DNA from: Candidatus Woesebacteria bacterium
Lineage (GTDB): Bacteria > Patescibacteriota > Saccharimonadia > Saccharimonadales > EFPC-124
Reading direction: 5' to 3'
DNA length: 64,000 bases
Assembly: GCA_050115675.1 (NCBI GenBank)
Contig: JASFQB010000001.1
Location: 1,352-65,351, forward strand
This document shows, piece by piece, positions 55,030 through 64,000 of the stretch (the first letter of the stretch is position 1; every line of letters starts with the position of its first letter). Position numbers and translations under genes: made by a program. Under the pieces are notes generated by a model, which did no database searches, was not told where the DNA came from, and saw only the letters and a list, made by a program, of their open reading frames with translations.

Positions 55030-55084
55030 CGAGTCCCAGTGGACCCTCCACGAAAAATACCTCATCGTAAGATGGGGTGTTTTT
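55030..55084 (+). repeat. Direct repeat copy 2 (orphan tRNA-Lys 3' fragment plus terminator)
   Basis: 55/55 identical to 54845-54899. Confidence 0.95.
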
Positions 55085-55265
55085 ATGGAAAGCTTGGTGT
55101 GACTTGAGCTCGAATAGGGCTGTTGGTGGGCTCCTATTTGTCATTTGTGGCAAGCCTTGTATGGGTAATAAAACTTACTGTGTTAATATTAATGACAAGA
55201 GCATGCCTTAGCCGTTATCAATTAGGAAGTGCTCGATTTTATAAAGCATAAATAGGAGATGGTAT

Positions 55266-55484
55266 ATGGCAAAATATTATGTAAACGAAGACACCTCGGC
55301 AAATCCAGAAGGCAATAATGAGATACATACAGAGGATTGCTATTTGTTTCCTGATATAGAAGATACATGTGTGTTTCTTTGCGAAACTGACGATTGCAGC
55401 GAAGCTGTTGAGGATGCAAAACAGAGAGGCTATATCAAAGCCGATGGCTGCATGCATTGTTGCAAAAGCTGTCACACGGGATAA
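55266..55484 (+). CDS. Small acidic Cys-rich protein (72 aa)
   Basis: TAGGAG SD; 8 Cys including C-x2-C-x2-C-H at the C-terminus (CMHCCKSCH). Confidence 0.6.
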   Translation: MAKYYVNEDTSANPEGNNEIHTEDCYLFPDIEDTCVFLCETDDCSEAVEDAKQRGYIKADGCMHCCKSCHTG

Positions 55485-55572
55485 AAATAATTTTGTCGCT
55501 TATAGATCGGCAAGCTAAATAAAATGCGACTGAACAGATGCTTATGCGGCGTACCTTGCTCAGCCGCGTTGG

Positions 55573-55953
55573 CTATTTGCTACATTGTGCATTGTAAGCG
55601 TTAAGTAGTGCTGTCGCGAATGTGCTGACAGTTCTGTCGACGTCCTCTTGATAGCAATTGGTTGCGAAGACCACGCTCTCCCAGGTATGACTAGTGACGA
55701 CTACTTCAGAGTAGCGACCATTAGGGCTAAAATACTGCGGTCCGCCGGGTGGTGGGCTAACGCGAATGTGATCTTCGAGCGCCATTGACGTTTGGCCAAG
55801 GTTTACAATATTACCGTCATCGTCATATTCAATGACAAGCTCGGCTGCTGCGCCCCGCGCAACACTCCACACCAGTTTCACTAGCTGATCGCTCGTGATT
55901 GGTTGCTTGTCAAAGCGGACGGTGGCAGTGGCTGTGGGGCTTTCGCTACCCAT
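55573..55953 (-). CDS. Hypothetical protein (126 aa), GC-elevated
   Basis: Own TTGACA-17-TAAAGT promoter and AAGAGG SD. Confidence 0.5.
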   Translation of the reverse strand: MGSESPTATATVRFDKQPITSDQLVKLVWSVARGAAAELVIEYDDDGNIVNLGQTSMALEDHIRVSPPPGGPQYFSPNGRYSEVVVTSHTWESVVFATNCYQEDVDRTVSTFATALLNAYNAQCSK

Positions 55954-56101
55954 GGTTAACCTCTTTAACTGAACGGCAAAGGACTAAGATACTTTAACAC
56001 TAAAGCCTATGCGTGTCAATTTTGTTATTGACGTAACTGTGTTGTGGCAGGGCATATAATAAGTTTTAAGAGGCGCTATGTAAAAACATAGCGCCTTGGA
56101 A

Positions 56102-56506
56102 TCACTTCTCGTATGGGTTATTGGCTTCGTGCACCTCCCTTGCAATGTTTGACCAGAGGGCAGTTGACAACGGGTCGATCACCGCAGGTCCGATTCCGCT
56201 GCCCATTGTGTATCCGCAGCTTTGCAGTGCGGCGGGAAACTCGGTGTGGGCCTGCGGATTGGAGCTGACGATGTAAAACATGCCGATATTCAGCTTGGGC
56301 CCAACCGTCGCTCGCATCTGGATAAAGGTAATCAGACGCTTGACCGTGTCTGTGCCAAGGTCGTGGTCAAGCACAAGGACGTCTACGTGTCGGGTTGCCA
56401 GTGCGACTGCGGCATGCTCGACTGTGCGGGCATGAATTACCTCATACTCTTCCGGAAAAATCAGTGTGCGCAGGTCATCTACCACAAGGGCCAATAGCTT
56501 GCTCAT
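56102..56506 (-). CDS. Stand-alone receiver (REC)-fold protein of the LDHDLG type (possibly the 'cyclic-phosphate-processing receiver' family)
   Basis: LLALVVDDLR....VLVLDHDLG pattern. GGGAG SD before ATG 56506. GC elevated. Confidence 0.5.
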   Translation of the reverse strand: MSKLLALVVDDLRTLIFPEEYEVIHARTVEHAAVALATRHVDVLVLDHDLGTDTVKRLITFIQMRATVGPKLNIGMFYIVSSNPQAHTEFPAALQSCGYTMGSGIGPAVIDPLSTALWSNIAREVHEANNPYEK

Positions 56507-56655
56507 TTGTACTCCCAAAAAGAGACAGTTGTTTAATTATACTATATTTATGTAAAAATGTAAAGTTATGTCAATTATTAAAGCTAAGTTGTAAAAAATG
56601 CAAAGTATCTTGCTTAAGCTAGCATTGTTTACCCAATTTTGTTTATAATTTTTTT

Positions 56656-58098
56656 ATGTTTTTGTGGCGTTATTATAAGGTAAAACGTACAACTTTGATT
56701 AGCTTGGGCTGCTTGGCTTTTTTGGGTGGTTTAGCGTTGCCTAAGTTGCAAATAGTTTGTACAGATTACGCGTTGTTGATTTTTGGGTTAAGTTTGCTGC
56801 TGTGGTGCAAAAAGCGCTGGTGGCTAATTAGCGTACCTGCTGTGATGGTCGCGGGGTTGATGTTTGGCTTGTGGCGCGGAAGTGTTATGCAGGTTCAGAT
56901 AGATGACTACAAAGTTTATACCAACCAAAAAGTTGTAGTGCAAGGCGTTGTGCGAGAAGACCCATCCAGAGATAAATATCGTAATACTGTGCTAATGCTT
57001 GGAGATATAAAAATAAACGGCCAAAATTTGCCAGGAACGATGCGCATAACCACTGCCGGGATAGCCAGGCCGTTGCGTGGCGATAAGGTAGAGGCAGAAG
57101 GCAAATTACGAGACGGCTTTGCGAGTTACCAGGGTTCAATGTTTTTTGCAGAGGTGGTAGTTGTTCAAAAACAAGCAAATTGGATAGAGAGCTTGCGGCA
57201 TAATTTTAGCGCCAAAATTTTAAGTATTTTGCCCGAACCTCAGGCAAGTTTGGCTTTGGGGTTCTTGCTTGGGCTAAAATCACAGTTGCCAGAGGATTTG
57301 AATGGCCAGTTACGATTGCTAGGTTTGACGCATATTGTAGTGGCTTCGGGCTATAATTTAACGATTTTAGTTAGGCTTAGTCGTCGTTTGTTTGCAAGGT
57401 TTTCTAAATATCAGGCAACAGCTGCCTCTGGGGCGATGATTGCGTTTTTTGTTTGCATTACTGGTTTTAGCGCCTCTATGTCACGTGCAGCGCTAGTAAC
57501 GGGACTGTCGATAGCTGCTTGGTATTATGGGCGCAAAATTCACCCTGTTGTTTTGCTGATGGTTTCGTCGGCCATTACTGCTGCGGTTAATCCAGTATTT
57601 TTGTGGGGAGATGCGGGTTGGTGGTTGTCGTTTTTGGCGTTTGCGGGTGTAATGTTGGGCGCACCTTTGTTGCAGGCTAGAATTTTTGGCAAAAAGCAGC
57701 CGCCGCTTTTAATTCAGGTAGCAATAGAAACAATTTGCGCGCAGCTTTTAACCCTGCCGTACATCTTATTTGTTTTTGGAAACCTGTCGATTATTTCTGT
57801 TTTTGCAAATGTTTTGGTTGTGCCGTTTATTCCTGTGGCGATGCTGTTTACATTTATTACAGGAGTCGCATCGTGGATTTTGCCAGGCGTTGCAGCAATA
57901 ATTGCCCAGCCGGCAATTTGGATTTTAACTTACATGACTAATGTCGCTGGGTTGCTGTCTAAAATCCCGTGGGCTTCGTTGAATGTAAGCGTTAATCTAA
58001 ATGGCATGCTGCTTTTGCTTGGGTGTGTTGGTTTTTGCGGTTTAATTTTGTATAAAAAACTAAAATTTGATTATTTGCAAGCAAGTGTGGTGGAATAG
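56656..58098 (+). CDS. comEC: ComEC/Rec2-family DNA internalisation channel (no metallo-beta-lactamase domain)
   Basis: Polytopic protein with an OB-like N-domain and the competence motif LGLTHIVVASGYNLTIL. Confidence 0.8.
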   Translation: MFLWRYYKVKRTTLISLGCLAFLGGLALPKLQIVCTDYALLIFGLSLLLWCKKRWWLISVPAVMVAGLMFGLWRGSVMQVQIDDYKVYTNQKVVVQGVVREDPSRDKYRNTVLMLGDIKINGQNLPGTMRITTAGIARPLRGDKVEAEGKLRDGFASYQGSMFFAEVVVVQKQANWIESLRHNFSAKILSILPEPQASLALGFLLGLKSQLPEDLNGQLRLLGLTHIVVASGYNLTILVRLSRRLFARFSKYQATAASGAMIAFFVCITGFSASMSRAALVTGLSIAAWYYGRKIHPVVLLMVSSAITAAVNPVFLWGDAGWWLSFLAFAGVMLGAPLLQARIFGKKQPPLLIQVAIETICAQLLTLPYILFVFGNLSIISVFANVLVVPFIPVAMLFTFITGVASWILPGVAAIIAQPAIWILTYMTNVAGLLSKIPWASLNVSVNLNGMLLLLGCVGFCGLILYKKLKFDYLQASVVE

Positions 58099-58148
58099 TG
58101 GTAAAATATAATTAGATTTTACAATACTTTAACTAGGAGGCCACAAAT

Positions 58149-58874
58149 ATGTCAGGACATTCCAAATGGTCAACCATTAAACGACAGAAAGCCGTTACAG
58201 ATGCAAAAAAGGGAGCTGCCTTTACCCAGCTTGGCAACGCCATTGCCTTGGCGGCGAAAGGCGGAGCTGACCCAGATATGAACTTTGCTTTGCGTTTGGC
58301 TATAGATAAAGCTCGTGCAGCTAATATGCCAATGGCAAACATTCAGCGTTCAATAGATCGCGGTTCGGGAAAGCTTGGTGGGGCAATCATTGAAGAAGTG
58401 ACTTATGAAGGTTATGGGGCTGGAGGAGTTGCAGTAATAGTTGAATGCGCCACAGACAACAAAAATCGTACCTATCCAGATGTACGCTTGGCATTTAGTA
58501 AAAATGGCGGAAACATGGCAGAACCAGGTTCGGTTGCGTTTCAGTTTGCGCGCAAGGGCGTTATCCGTAGCACATTTTTAGGTGATTCGGACGAGGCCAT
58601 GCTAGAGGTTATTGACGCTGGTGCAGAAGATGCAGATGTAGTGGGCGACAACGAGCTTGTTATTTACACAGACCCCAAAGAGCTAGCTGCTGTTAGAGAC
58701 GACTTAAAAGCGCGCGGCTTTGCAATTGACGAGGCCGAACTAACATATGTTCCAAATAACGTTGTAGAAATTACAGATTCCGAAACTGCTCGCAAGGCCA
58801 CAAATCTAATTAATGCACTAGAAGATCTAGACGACGTTACTAACGTACACGCCAACTTTGAGATAAAGGACTAA
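58149..58874 (+). CDS. yebC: YebC/PmpR-family DNA-binding regulator
   Basis: MSGHSKWSTIKRQK N-terminus. Confidence 0.92.
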   Translation: MSGHSKWSTIKRQKAVTDAKKGAAFTQLGNAIALAAKGGADPDMNFALRLAIDKARAANMPMANIQRSIDRGSGKLGGAIIEEVTYEGYGAGGVAVIVECATDNKNRTYPDVRLAFSKNGGNMAEPGSVAFQFARKGVIRSTFLGDSDEAMLEVIDAGAEDADVVGDNELVIYTDPKELAAVRDDLKARGFAIDEAELTYVPNNVVEITDSETARKATNLINALEDLDDVTNVHANFEIKD

Positions 58875-58875
58875 C

Positions 58876-59343
58876 ATGCGCATACTGGGGATAGACCCCG
58901 GCACTGGCATATTGGGTTTTGGTGTTATAGAGGGCGATTCGCATTCTCCAAAAATGGTTGATGCAGGTGTAATCAAAACCAAAGTTCATCAGCCAGAGCC
59001 CGAACGTCTAGAAATAATATATAATTCACTGCACGAAATAATAGATTCAGCTAAACCCCATGCGGTATCTGTAGAAAAACTTTTTTTTGCACGCAACGTT
59101 ACAACTGCAATGTCTGTTGCGCAAGCGCGTGGCGTGGTACTTTTGGTCGCAAAGCAGTATAGTTTGCCAATTTTTGAATACACCCCAATGCAAATAAAAA
59201 TGGCGCTAACAGGCTACGGAAAAGCAGACAAAAAACAGGTTCAAGAAATGGTTAGAGTAATTTTAAAACTGCGCGAAGTCCCAAAACCAGACGATTGCGC
59301 AGATGCCTTGGCGGCTGCGTTGACGCACAGGGTGCAGGTTTAG
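58876..59343 (+). CDS. ruvC: Holliday junction resolvase RuvC
   Basis: ILGIDPGTG..G.GVIE and a C-terminal DDCADALA motif. Confidence 0.9.
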   Translation: MRILGIDPGTGILGFGVIEGDSHSPKMVDAGVIKTKVHQPEPERLEIIYNSLHEIIDSAKPHAVSVEKLFFARNVTTAMSVAQARGVVLLVAKQYSLPIFEYTPMQIKMALTGYGKADKKQVQEMVRVILKLREVPKPDDCADALAAALTHRVQV

Positions 59344-59411
59344 CTATAAAATTTGCACAAACATCTGCAGTTTAACGCCAAATTACATCACCACCTTGCT
59401 ATAATGTATAT

Positions 59412-59996
59412 ATGATTGCACATGTTAGCGGCCAGGTTGCCGAAAAAACCGACGATGCTATTATTATTGATGTCCACGGAGTGGGCTACGAGGTCCAGGT
59501 TGCCAGTGGGGATTACGAAGGCGCTGACCATGGTCAACAAATAAAACTTTATACTCATTACCATGTGCGCGAGACCGAGCACCAGCTTTTTGGGTTTTCG
59601 ACCCTTGTTGCCAAGCGTTTGTTTGAGCTGTTAATCTCTGTGTCTGGCGTTGGTCCAAAAATGGCCTTGGCAATTTTAAGCCTTGGCGATATAGAGAGTA
59701 TCCGCAGTGCGATTGCTTTGGGCGATAGTGCTTTTGTGCAACGCGCTTCGGGCGTGGGCAAGCGCATTGCCGAAAGAATTGCGGTTGATTTGCGCGATAA
59801 AGTTGGTTTGCCAGGTGCGGGCCCTGTTGCGGGAATAGCTCCTCGAAATAATGGCGTTAATGACGACGCGTTAGATGCTTTGTTGGCGTTGGGCTATAGT
59901 TTACAACAGGCAAACGAAGCTTTACTGCAAACCGACTCTGCTGCAAATGTACAAAACCGCATAAAACAAGCTTTGCAAATTTTAAGTAGACTATGA
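59412..59996 (+). CDS. ruvA: Holliday junction branch-migration protein RuvA
   Basis: MIAHVSG N-terminus and HhH motifs ([27 protein letters not shown]). Confidence 0.9.
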   Translation: MIAHVSGQVAEKTDDAIIIDVHGVGYEVQVASGDYEGADHGQQIKLYTHYHVRETEHQLFGFSTLVAKRLFELLISVSGVGPKMALAILSLGDIESIRSAIALGDSAFVQRASGVGKRIAERIAVDLRDKVGLPGAGPVAGIAPRNNGVNDDALDALLALGYSLQQANEALLQTDSAANVQNRIKQALQILSRL

Positions 59997-61030
59997 TAGA
60001 CAGAATTGTAAACACTACAGTTACCGAAGACGAAGACCAGGCGCAAGAAGTTCAACTTGAGAATACCTTGCGCCCCAAGGATTTTGCTAGCTATATTGGC
60101 CAAGAGCGGCTAAAAACTAATCTAAAATTGGCCATAGACGCAGCAAAAAAACGTGGAGAGCCAATTGACCACGTGTTAATGTACGGTCCGCCAGGTCTTG
60201 GCAAAACTACCATGGCCGCTGTTATTGCCAACGAAATGGGCACAAACATCAGAATTACCTCTGGTCCGGCCGTAGAGCGCGCGGGCGATCTTGCCAGCTT
60301 GCTTACAAACTTAAAAGATGGCGACATATTGTTTATTGATGAAATTCATCGTTTAAACCGCACTGTCGAAGAAGTTTTATACAGCGCGATGGAAGATTTT
60401 AAGCTAGACATTATGCTTGGTAAAGGCCCTTCTGCCAGAAGTTTACGACTTGATTTGCCAAAATTTACGGTAATTGGCGCTACGACTCGCACTGGTAATT
60501 TAGCTGCACCCTTGCGCGACAGGTTTGGTATGTTGCACAGGCTAGAGTTTTACACTCCAGGTGAAATTGCCAAAATAATCTCACGTTCGGCAAACATTTT
60601 GGGCATACAAATAGATGCTGTTGCTGCTCAAGATTTAGCCAAGCGTGCCAGGTTAACACCCAGAATTGCCAACCGTTTGCTAAAGCGTGTTCGCGATTTT
60701 GCTGAGGTTAATGGCAATGGTGTAATTAATATCCCTTTGGCGCACGATGCACTAAATTTGCTAGAAATTGACGATTTGGGGCTTGATCCAGGTGACAGGC
60801 ATTTATTAAACGCAATAGTTGAGCGTTTTGATGGCGGTCCAGTTGGCGTAGAAACTTTGGCTGCAATAACAGGCGACGAAAGAGCGACTATCGAGGATTT
60901 TTACGAGCCATACCTAATGCAAATTGGCTTGTTAGAGCGTACGCCGCGCGGGCGAAAAGTTACCAAGCAAGCATATAGGCACTTGGGTAAGAAGCTAAAA
61001 CAAGACGACAATCAGCAAAACTTGCTATAA
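59993..61030 (+). CDS. ruvB: Holliday junction DNA helicase RuvB
   Basis: [17 protein letters not shown] and FIDEIHRL motifs. Confidence 0.97.
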   Translation: MIDRIVNTTVTEDEDQAQEVQLENTLRPKDFASYIGQERLKTNLKLAIDAAKKRGEPIDHVLMYGPPGLGKTTMAAVIANEMGTNIRITSGPAVERAGDLASLLTNLKDGDILFIDEIHRLNRTVEEVLYSAMEDFKLDIMLGKGPSARSLRLDLPKFTVIGATTRTGNLAAPLRDRFGMLHRLEFYTPGEIAKIISRSANILGIQIDAVAAQDLAKRARLTPRIANRLLKRVRDFAEVNGNGVINIPLAHDALNLLEIDDLGLDPGDRHLLNAIVERFDGGPVGVETLAAITGDERATIEDFYEPYLMQIGLLERTPRGRKVTKQAYRHLGKKLKQDDNQQNLL

Positions 61031-61049
61031 TGTAATCAAGGCGGTAAAT

Positions 61050-61763
61050 ATGCAAGATAGTTCAAAACAACGCAAAAGCAATTTATTTAAAAAGTTAGTC
61101 AAAGGCGAAGATTATAAGTCTAAAAAAATCGTACTAAGCGACGATGAACCCAAAGAAGAAGCAGTTTTTGCTTTGCACGAAGAGTCGGTTTTGGCCTACC
61201 CCGAACTGCATTTAAGCAAAGATGAATACGTGATTCAATCTGTCAAACGTCACCCAATTGGGGTTTTGTCTATTTGGTTGTTTTATGTGCTGATGACTGT
61301 TATTGTTCTTGCGTTTTTGCCATTTTATTCTGCCAACAAAGACAGTATAGATAACGCCTTGTTGATTACTGCACCCACGGCCGCAGATTTGTTTTTGCCA
61401 GCTTTAGTTGTGGACGGCATCTTCTTTTTGGGCGCATTTATAGCCACAATAGTATATCAACGTAACAGGTTTTATTTAACAAACGAGAGTGTTATTCAAC
61501 ATGTGAGTAAGAGCTTGTTTCAAAACCAAGAACAAATTGTAAACTTGGTTAACGTTGAGGATGTGAGTTTTGAGCAAAAAGGAATAATGCAGCAGCTTTT
61601 AAGCTATGGTACATTACGATTGTCTACTCAAGGTGACGAAACTATTTACAGATTTTATTTTGTAACAAATCCGCGCGTGGTTACAAATGCCATTAACGAC
61701 TCGGTAGAAATGGCAATGGCAAAGCTAGAGGGAAACCTACGAATGCATCAAATACGAGAGTAG
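61050..61763 (+). CDS. Membrane protein with a bacterial PH (bPH_2/DUF304, YdbT-like) domain
   Basis: EYVIQSVKRHPIGVL followed by two TM helices and a PH-like C-domain. Confidence 0.6.
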   Translation: MQDSSKQRKSNLFKKLVKGEDYKSKKIVLSDDEPKEEAVFALHEESVLAYPELHLSKDEYVIQSVKRHPIGVLSIWLFYVLMTVIVLAFLPFYSANKDSIDNALLITAPTAADLFLPALVVDGIFFLGAFIATIVYQRNRFYLTNESVIQHVSKSLFQNQEQIVNLVNVEDVSFEQKGIMQQLLSYGTLRLSTQGDETIYRFYFVTNPRVVTNAINDSVEMAMAKLEGNLRMHQIRE

Positions 61764-61764
61764 T

Positions 61765-62157
61765 TTATTGGTGGCGACTTTCTTTTACAAAGTCGGCCTC
61801 GGCCTCTAAATCTGCGCGAAGCTCGTAGCTTTTGCATAGACCATCTAGGCAGTCTTTTGGCTCGTAGCGGTAAGTTGAATCTTGCTCGCCAATAGTAACG
61901 CCGTCAGGGTCTTGAAGTATCGTTGGGTCAAGGCCTTTTAGCGCGTCTGCGGTTAGAGTCTCTGGATACGCATTGTTTGTTGCGTAATAAACCTCTTCTA
62001 AGTTGTAATAAATGGAATTTATAGCAGTTTTGCTTTGGTTGTCGCGGCTAGAAACCTGCAAATCGCGGCGCTGGACTAAAAACACCGTGCCAACAACCAG
62101 CAAAAATACTATAACAATAATTAATTCTAGAACGGTAAAACCGCGCTGCTTTTGCAT
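61765..62157 (-). CDS. Type IV pilin / pseudopilin-like protein (prepilin N-terminal methylation motif)
   Basis: MQKQRGFTVLELIIVIVFLLVV matches the G|FT-L-x-E class III signal. Confidence 0.8.
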   Translation of the reverse strand: MQKQRGFTVLELIIVIVFLLVVGTVFLVQRRDLQVSSRDNQSKTAINSIYYNLEEVYYATNNAYPETLTADALKGLDPTILQDPDGVTIGEQDSTYRYEPKDCLDGLCKSYELRADLEAEADFVKESRHQ

Positions 62158-62341
62158 AAAGTTAACGCTCCTTTAAGGATATTGTACTATAGTTTTTGTC
62201 TGATTGGGCCAGTTGTTGAAAAATTGGCATGTAAGTAAACAGTGTTATGTTGTGTTTTAAACTCTCGCGCTTTTTGGGAGTTTATATTAAAATCGCCTTA
62301 CGGTGGGTTATACTTGTAGGGACGAATAGAGAGGTATATTT

Positions 62342-63391
62342 ATGGCAGATGCAGCAAAAAAGGCCGACAAGGCAAAGGATTCTAAAGAGTCTAAGGTGGC
62401 AAACGAAGGCAAGCTAAAAGCCCTTGGTTTGGCAATGGAGCAGATTGAAAAGCAGTTTGGCTCGGGTGCAATTATGAAGTTGGGTGAGCACCAACGTGCG
62501 GATGTAGAATTTATTCAATCAGGCGCTCTTAGCTTAGATTTGGCGCTTGGCGGAGGATATCCAAAAGGCCGCATTATAGAGATTTTTGGCCCAGAAAGTT
62601 CTGGTAAAACCACTTTGACGCTGCATGCCATTGCCGAGTGTCAGCGAAAGGGCGGCACGGCTGCATTTATAGATGCCGAGCACGCTCTTGATCCAGCATA
62701 CGCACGCCGCTTGGGTGTAGACACAGACAATTTGTTAGTTAGTCAGCCAGATAATGGCGAGCAAGCTCTAGAAATTTGCGAAACATTGGTTCGCAGCAAC
62801 GCTGTTGATCTTGTGGTAGTCGACTCTGTTGCGGCGCTTGTTCCTCAGGCAGAGATTGAAGGCGACATGGGCGATTCGCACATGGGATTGCAGGCTCGCT
62901 TGATGAGCCAGGCTTTGCGTAAACTCACGGGTGTGATTAACAAGAGCAAAGCAACAGTTATGTTTATTAACCAAATTCGCATGAAGATTGGTGTAATGTT
63001 TGGCAACCCAGAGACCACCACTGGTGGTAACGCCTTAAAATTTTATGCTTCTGTGCGCTTGGATATTAGGCGAACAGGCCAAATTAAGGCGGGCGAGGAT
63101 ATCATTGGTAATCGTACCAGGGTTAAAGTTGTAAAAAATAAGATTGCTCCACCGTTTCGCAATGCCGAGTTTGACATTATGTATAACCAAGGCATATCTG
63201 TTGAGGGTGACGTGCTAGACCTAGCTGTACTGCATGGTATTGTTGGTAAATCAGGTGCTTGGTTTGACTACAACGACGGCAAAATTGGTCAAGGTCGCGA
63301 AGCTGCTAAAGCATATCTAAAACAAAATCCAGAAGTTCTAGCAGAAGTTGACCAGAAGGTTCGCAAAAAAGTAGCCGAATCAGAGGAGTAG
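62342..63391 (+). CDS. recA: Recombinase RecA
   Basis: [18 protein letters not shown] and [15 protein letters not shown]. Confidence 0.98.
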   Translation: MADAAKKADKAKDSKESKVANEGKLKALGLAMEQIEKQFGSGAIMKLGEHQRADVEFIQSGALSLDLALGGGYPKGRIIEIFGPESSGKTTLTLHAIAECQRKGGTAAFIDAEHALDPAYARRLGVDTDNLLVSQPDNGEQALEICETLVRSNAVDLVVVDSVAALVPQAEIEGDMGDSHMGLQARLMSQALRKLTGVINKSKATVMFINQIRMKIGVMFGNPETTTGGNALKFYASVRLDIRRTGQIKAGEDIIGNRTRVKVVKNKIAPPFRNAEFDIMYNQGISVEGDVLDLAVLHGIVGKSGAWFDYNDGKIGQGREAAKAYLKQNPEVLAEVDQKVRKKVAESEE

Positions 63392-63396
63392 CTGCC

Positions 63397-63765
63397 GTGG
63401 CGCACCCTGTTTTGCCAAAAGAACCAACTTTGCCGCAGATACAATTGTATATTGACCAAATGGTTAAGCATCGTGGTTTAAACAACAGTAACGCGCATTA
63501 CGAACTAATGTTGCTAGTAGAAGAAGTTGGCGAGTTGGCAAAAGCAATCCGAAAAGCCACAGGGGGTAAATTTGCCGCAGACACAAGCAGAACAAATCTT
63601 GATCACGAAGCAGCGGATGTTTTTATGATGCTAATTGGAATCTGCAACATCTTCAAAATTGACCTAGAAAAAGCTCTGCGAGACAAAGAAGAAATAAACA
63701 AGCTTCGCAAGTGGGAATTTAAAGATGAAAATAACTGCAATCAAAGCCCAAGTAAAAAATCCTGA
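63397..63765 (+). CDS. MazG-like nucleotide pyrophosphohydrolase domain protein
   Basis: EEVGELAKAIRK ... EAADVFMMLIGI (the E-x2-E...E-x2-D pattern). Confidence 0.7.
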   Translation: MAHPVLPKEPTLPQIQLYIDQMVKHRGLNNSNAHYELMLLVEEVGELAKAIRKATGGKFAADTSRTNLDHEAADVFMMLIGICNIFKIDLEKALRDKEEINKLRKWEFKDENNCNQSPSKKS

Positions 63766-64000
63766 TCGCGTATCTGTTTACGTTGACGAAAAATATAGCT
63801 TTTCGCTAAATTGCGCGCAGCTTTTAGACTTAAAACTGTGCGTTGGTTTAGAAGTTGATCAAGCAAAATTAGACGAATTTAAAAAAGCAAGCGATTTTGG
63901 CAAACTTTACGAACGACTTATGCGCTACGCACTTTTGCGGCCGCGATCGGTTTACGAAATAGAGCAATATTGCAGGCGTAAAAAATATGTTTTAGACGAT
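63725..64000 (+). CDS. recX: RecX regulatory protein, 5' partial (runs off the window)
   Basis: The ATG at 63725 opens a frame that stays open to the window end. The translation MKITAIKAQVKNPDRVSVYVDEKYSFSL...LLRPRSVYEIEQYC is RecX-like and lies downstream of recA. It is not in the supplied ORF track because it has no stop. Confidence 0.7.
   Translation, partial: MKITAIKAQVKNPDRVSVYVDEKYSFSLNCAQLLDLKLCVGLEVDQAKLDEFKKASDFGKLYERLMRYALLRPRSVYEIEQYCRRKKYVLDD

Overview
This 64-kb window looks like the chromosome of a small-genome, moderately low-GC bacterium. By hand counts, housekeeping genes run about 35-47% GC. The gene content and organisation suggest a Patescibacteria/CPR-type organism, possibly Saccharibacteria-like. 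That assignment is inference only, because no database search was possible.

The backbone is ordinary housekeeping:
- aspS, trmB, tsaC and murC.
- An ABC-2 exporter pair and a GH37 trehalase.
- tilS-ftsH-murJ-lepA, tatA-tatC and ddl.
- hrcA / CIRCE-grpE-dnaK-dnaJ.
- rimK with its partner protease.
- comEC, yebC-ruvC-ruvA-ruvB, a type IV pilin-like gene, and recA-mazG-like-recX.
- Four tRNAs: three with anticodon CAT and one Lys-TTT.

Several non-standard features stand out:
1. Two different tRNA genes (fMet and Lys) are each followed by a perfect 55-60-bp duplication of their own 3' end plus terminator. The duplications bracket 115-130-bp inserts that share an inverted T-arm copy and an AACTGCC-N3-GGCAGTT hairpin. 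A third tRNA has a related inverted T-arm/hairpin remnant.
2. A roughly 60% GC foreign ORF is wedged, antisense, between hrcA and the CIRCE operator of grpE.
3. A 6-kb cluster holds three ATP-grasp ligases, an S51 (cyanophycinase-like) peptidase, a retropepsin-like protease and a structured leader RNA.
4. A tandem mosaic family of membrane-anchored secreted proteins lies at the left edge.
5. An operon encodes a Cys-rich exported protein, CcdA, an ATP-cone protein and a flavoprotein disulfide reductase.
6. An ImmA/IrrE peptidase is translationally coupled to a small membrane protein.
7. The D-Ala-D-Ala dipeptidase gene next to ddl is decayed.
8. Several GC-elevated lipoprotein or hypothetical genes are present.

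No CRISPR array, transposase, integrase or rRNA was seen. Start codons and functional calls rest on motif recognition by eye.
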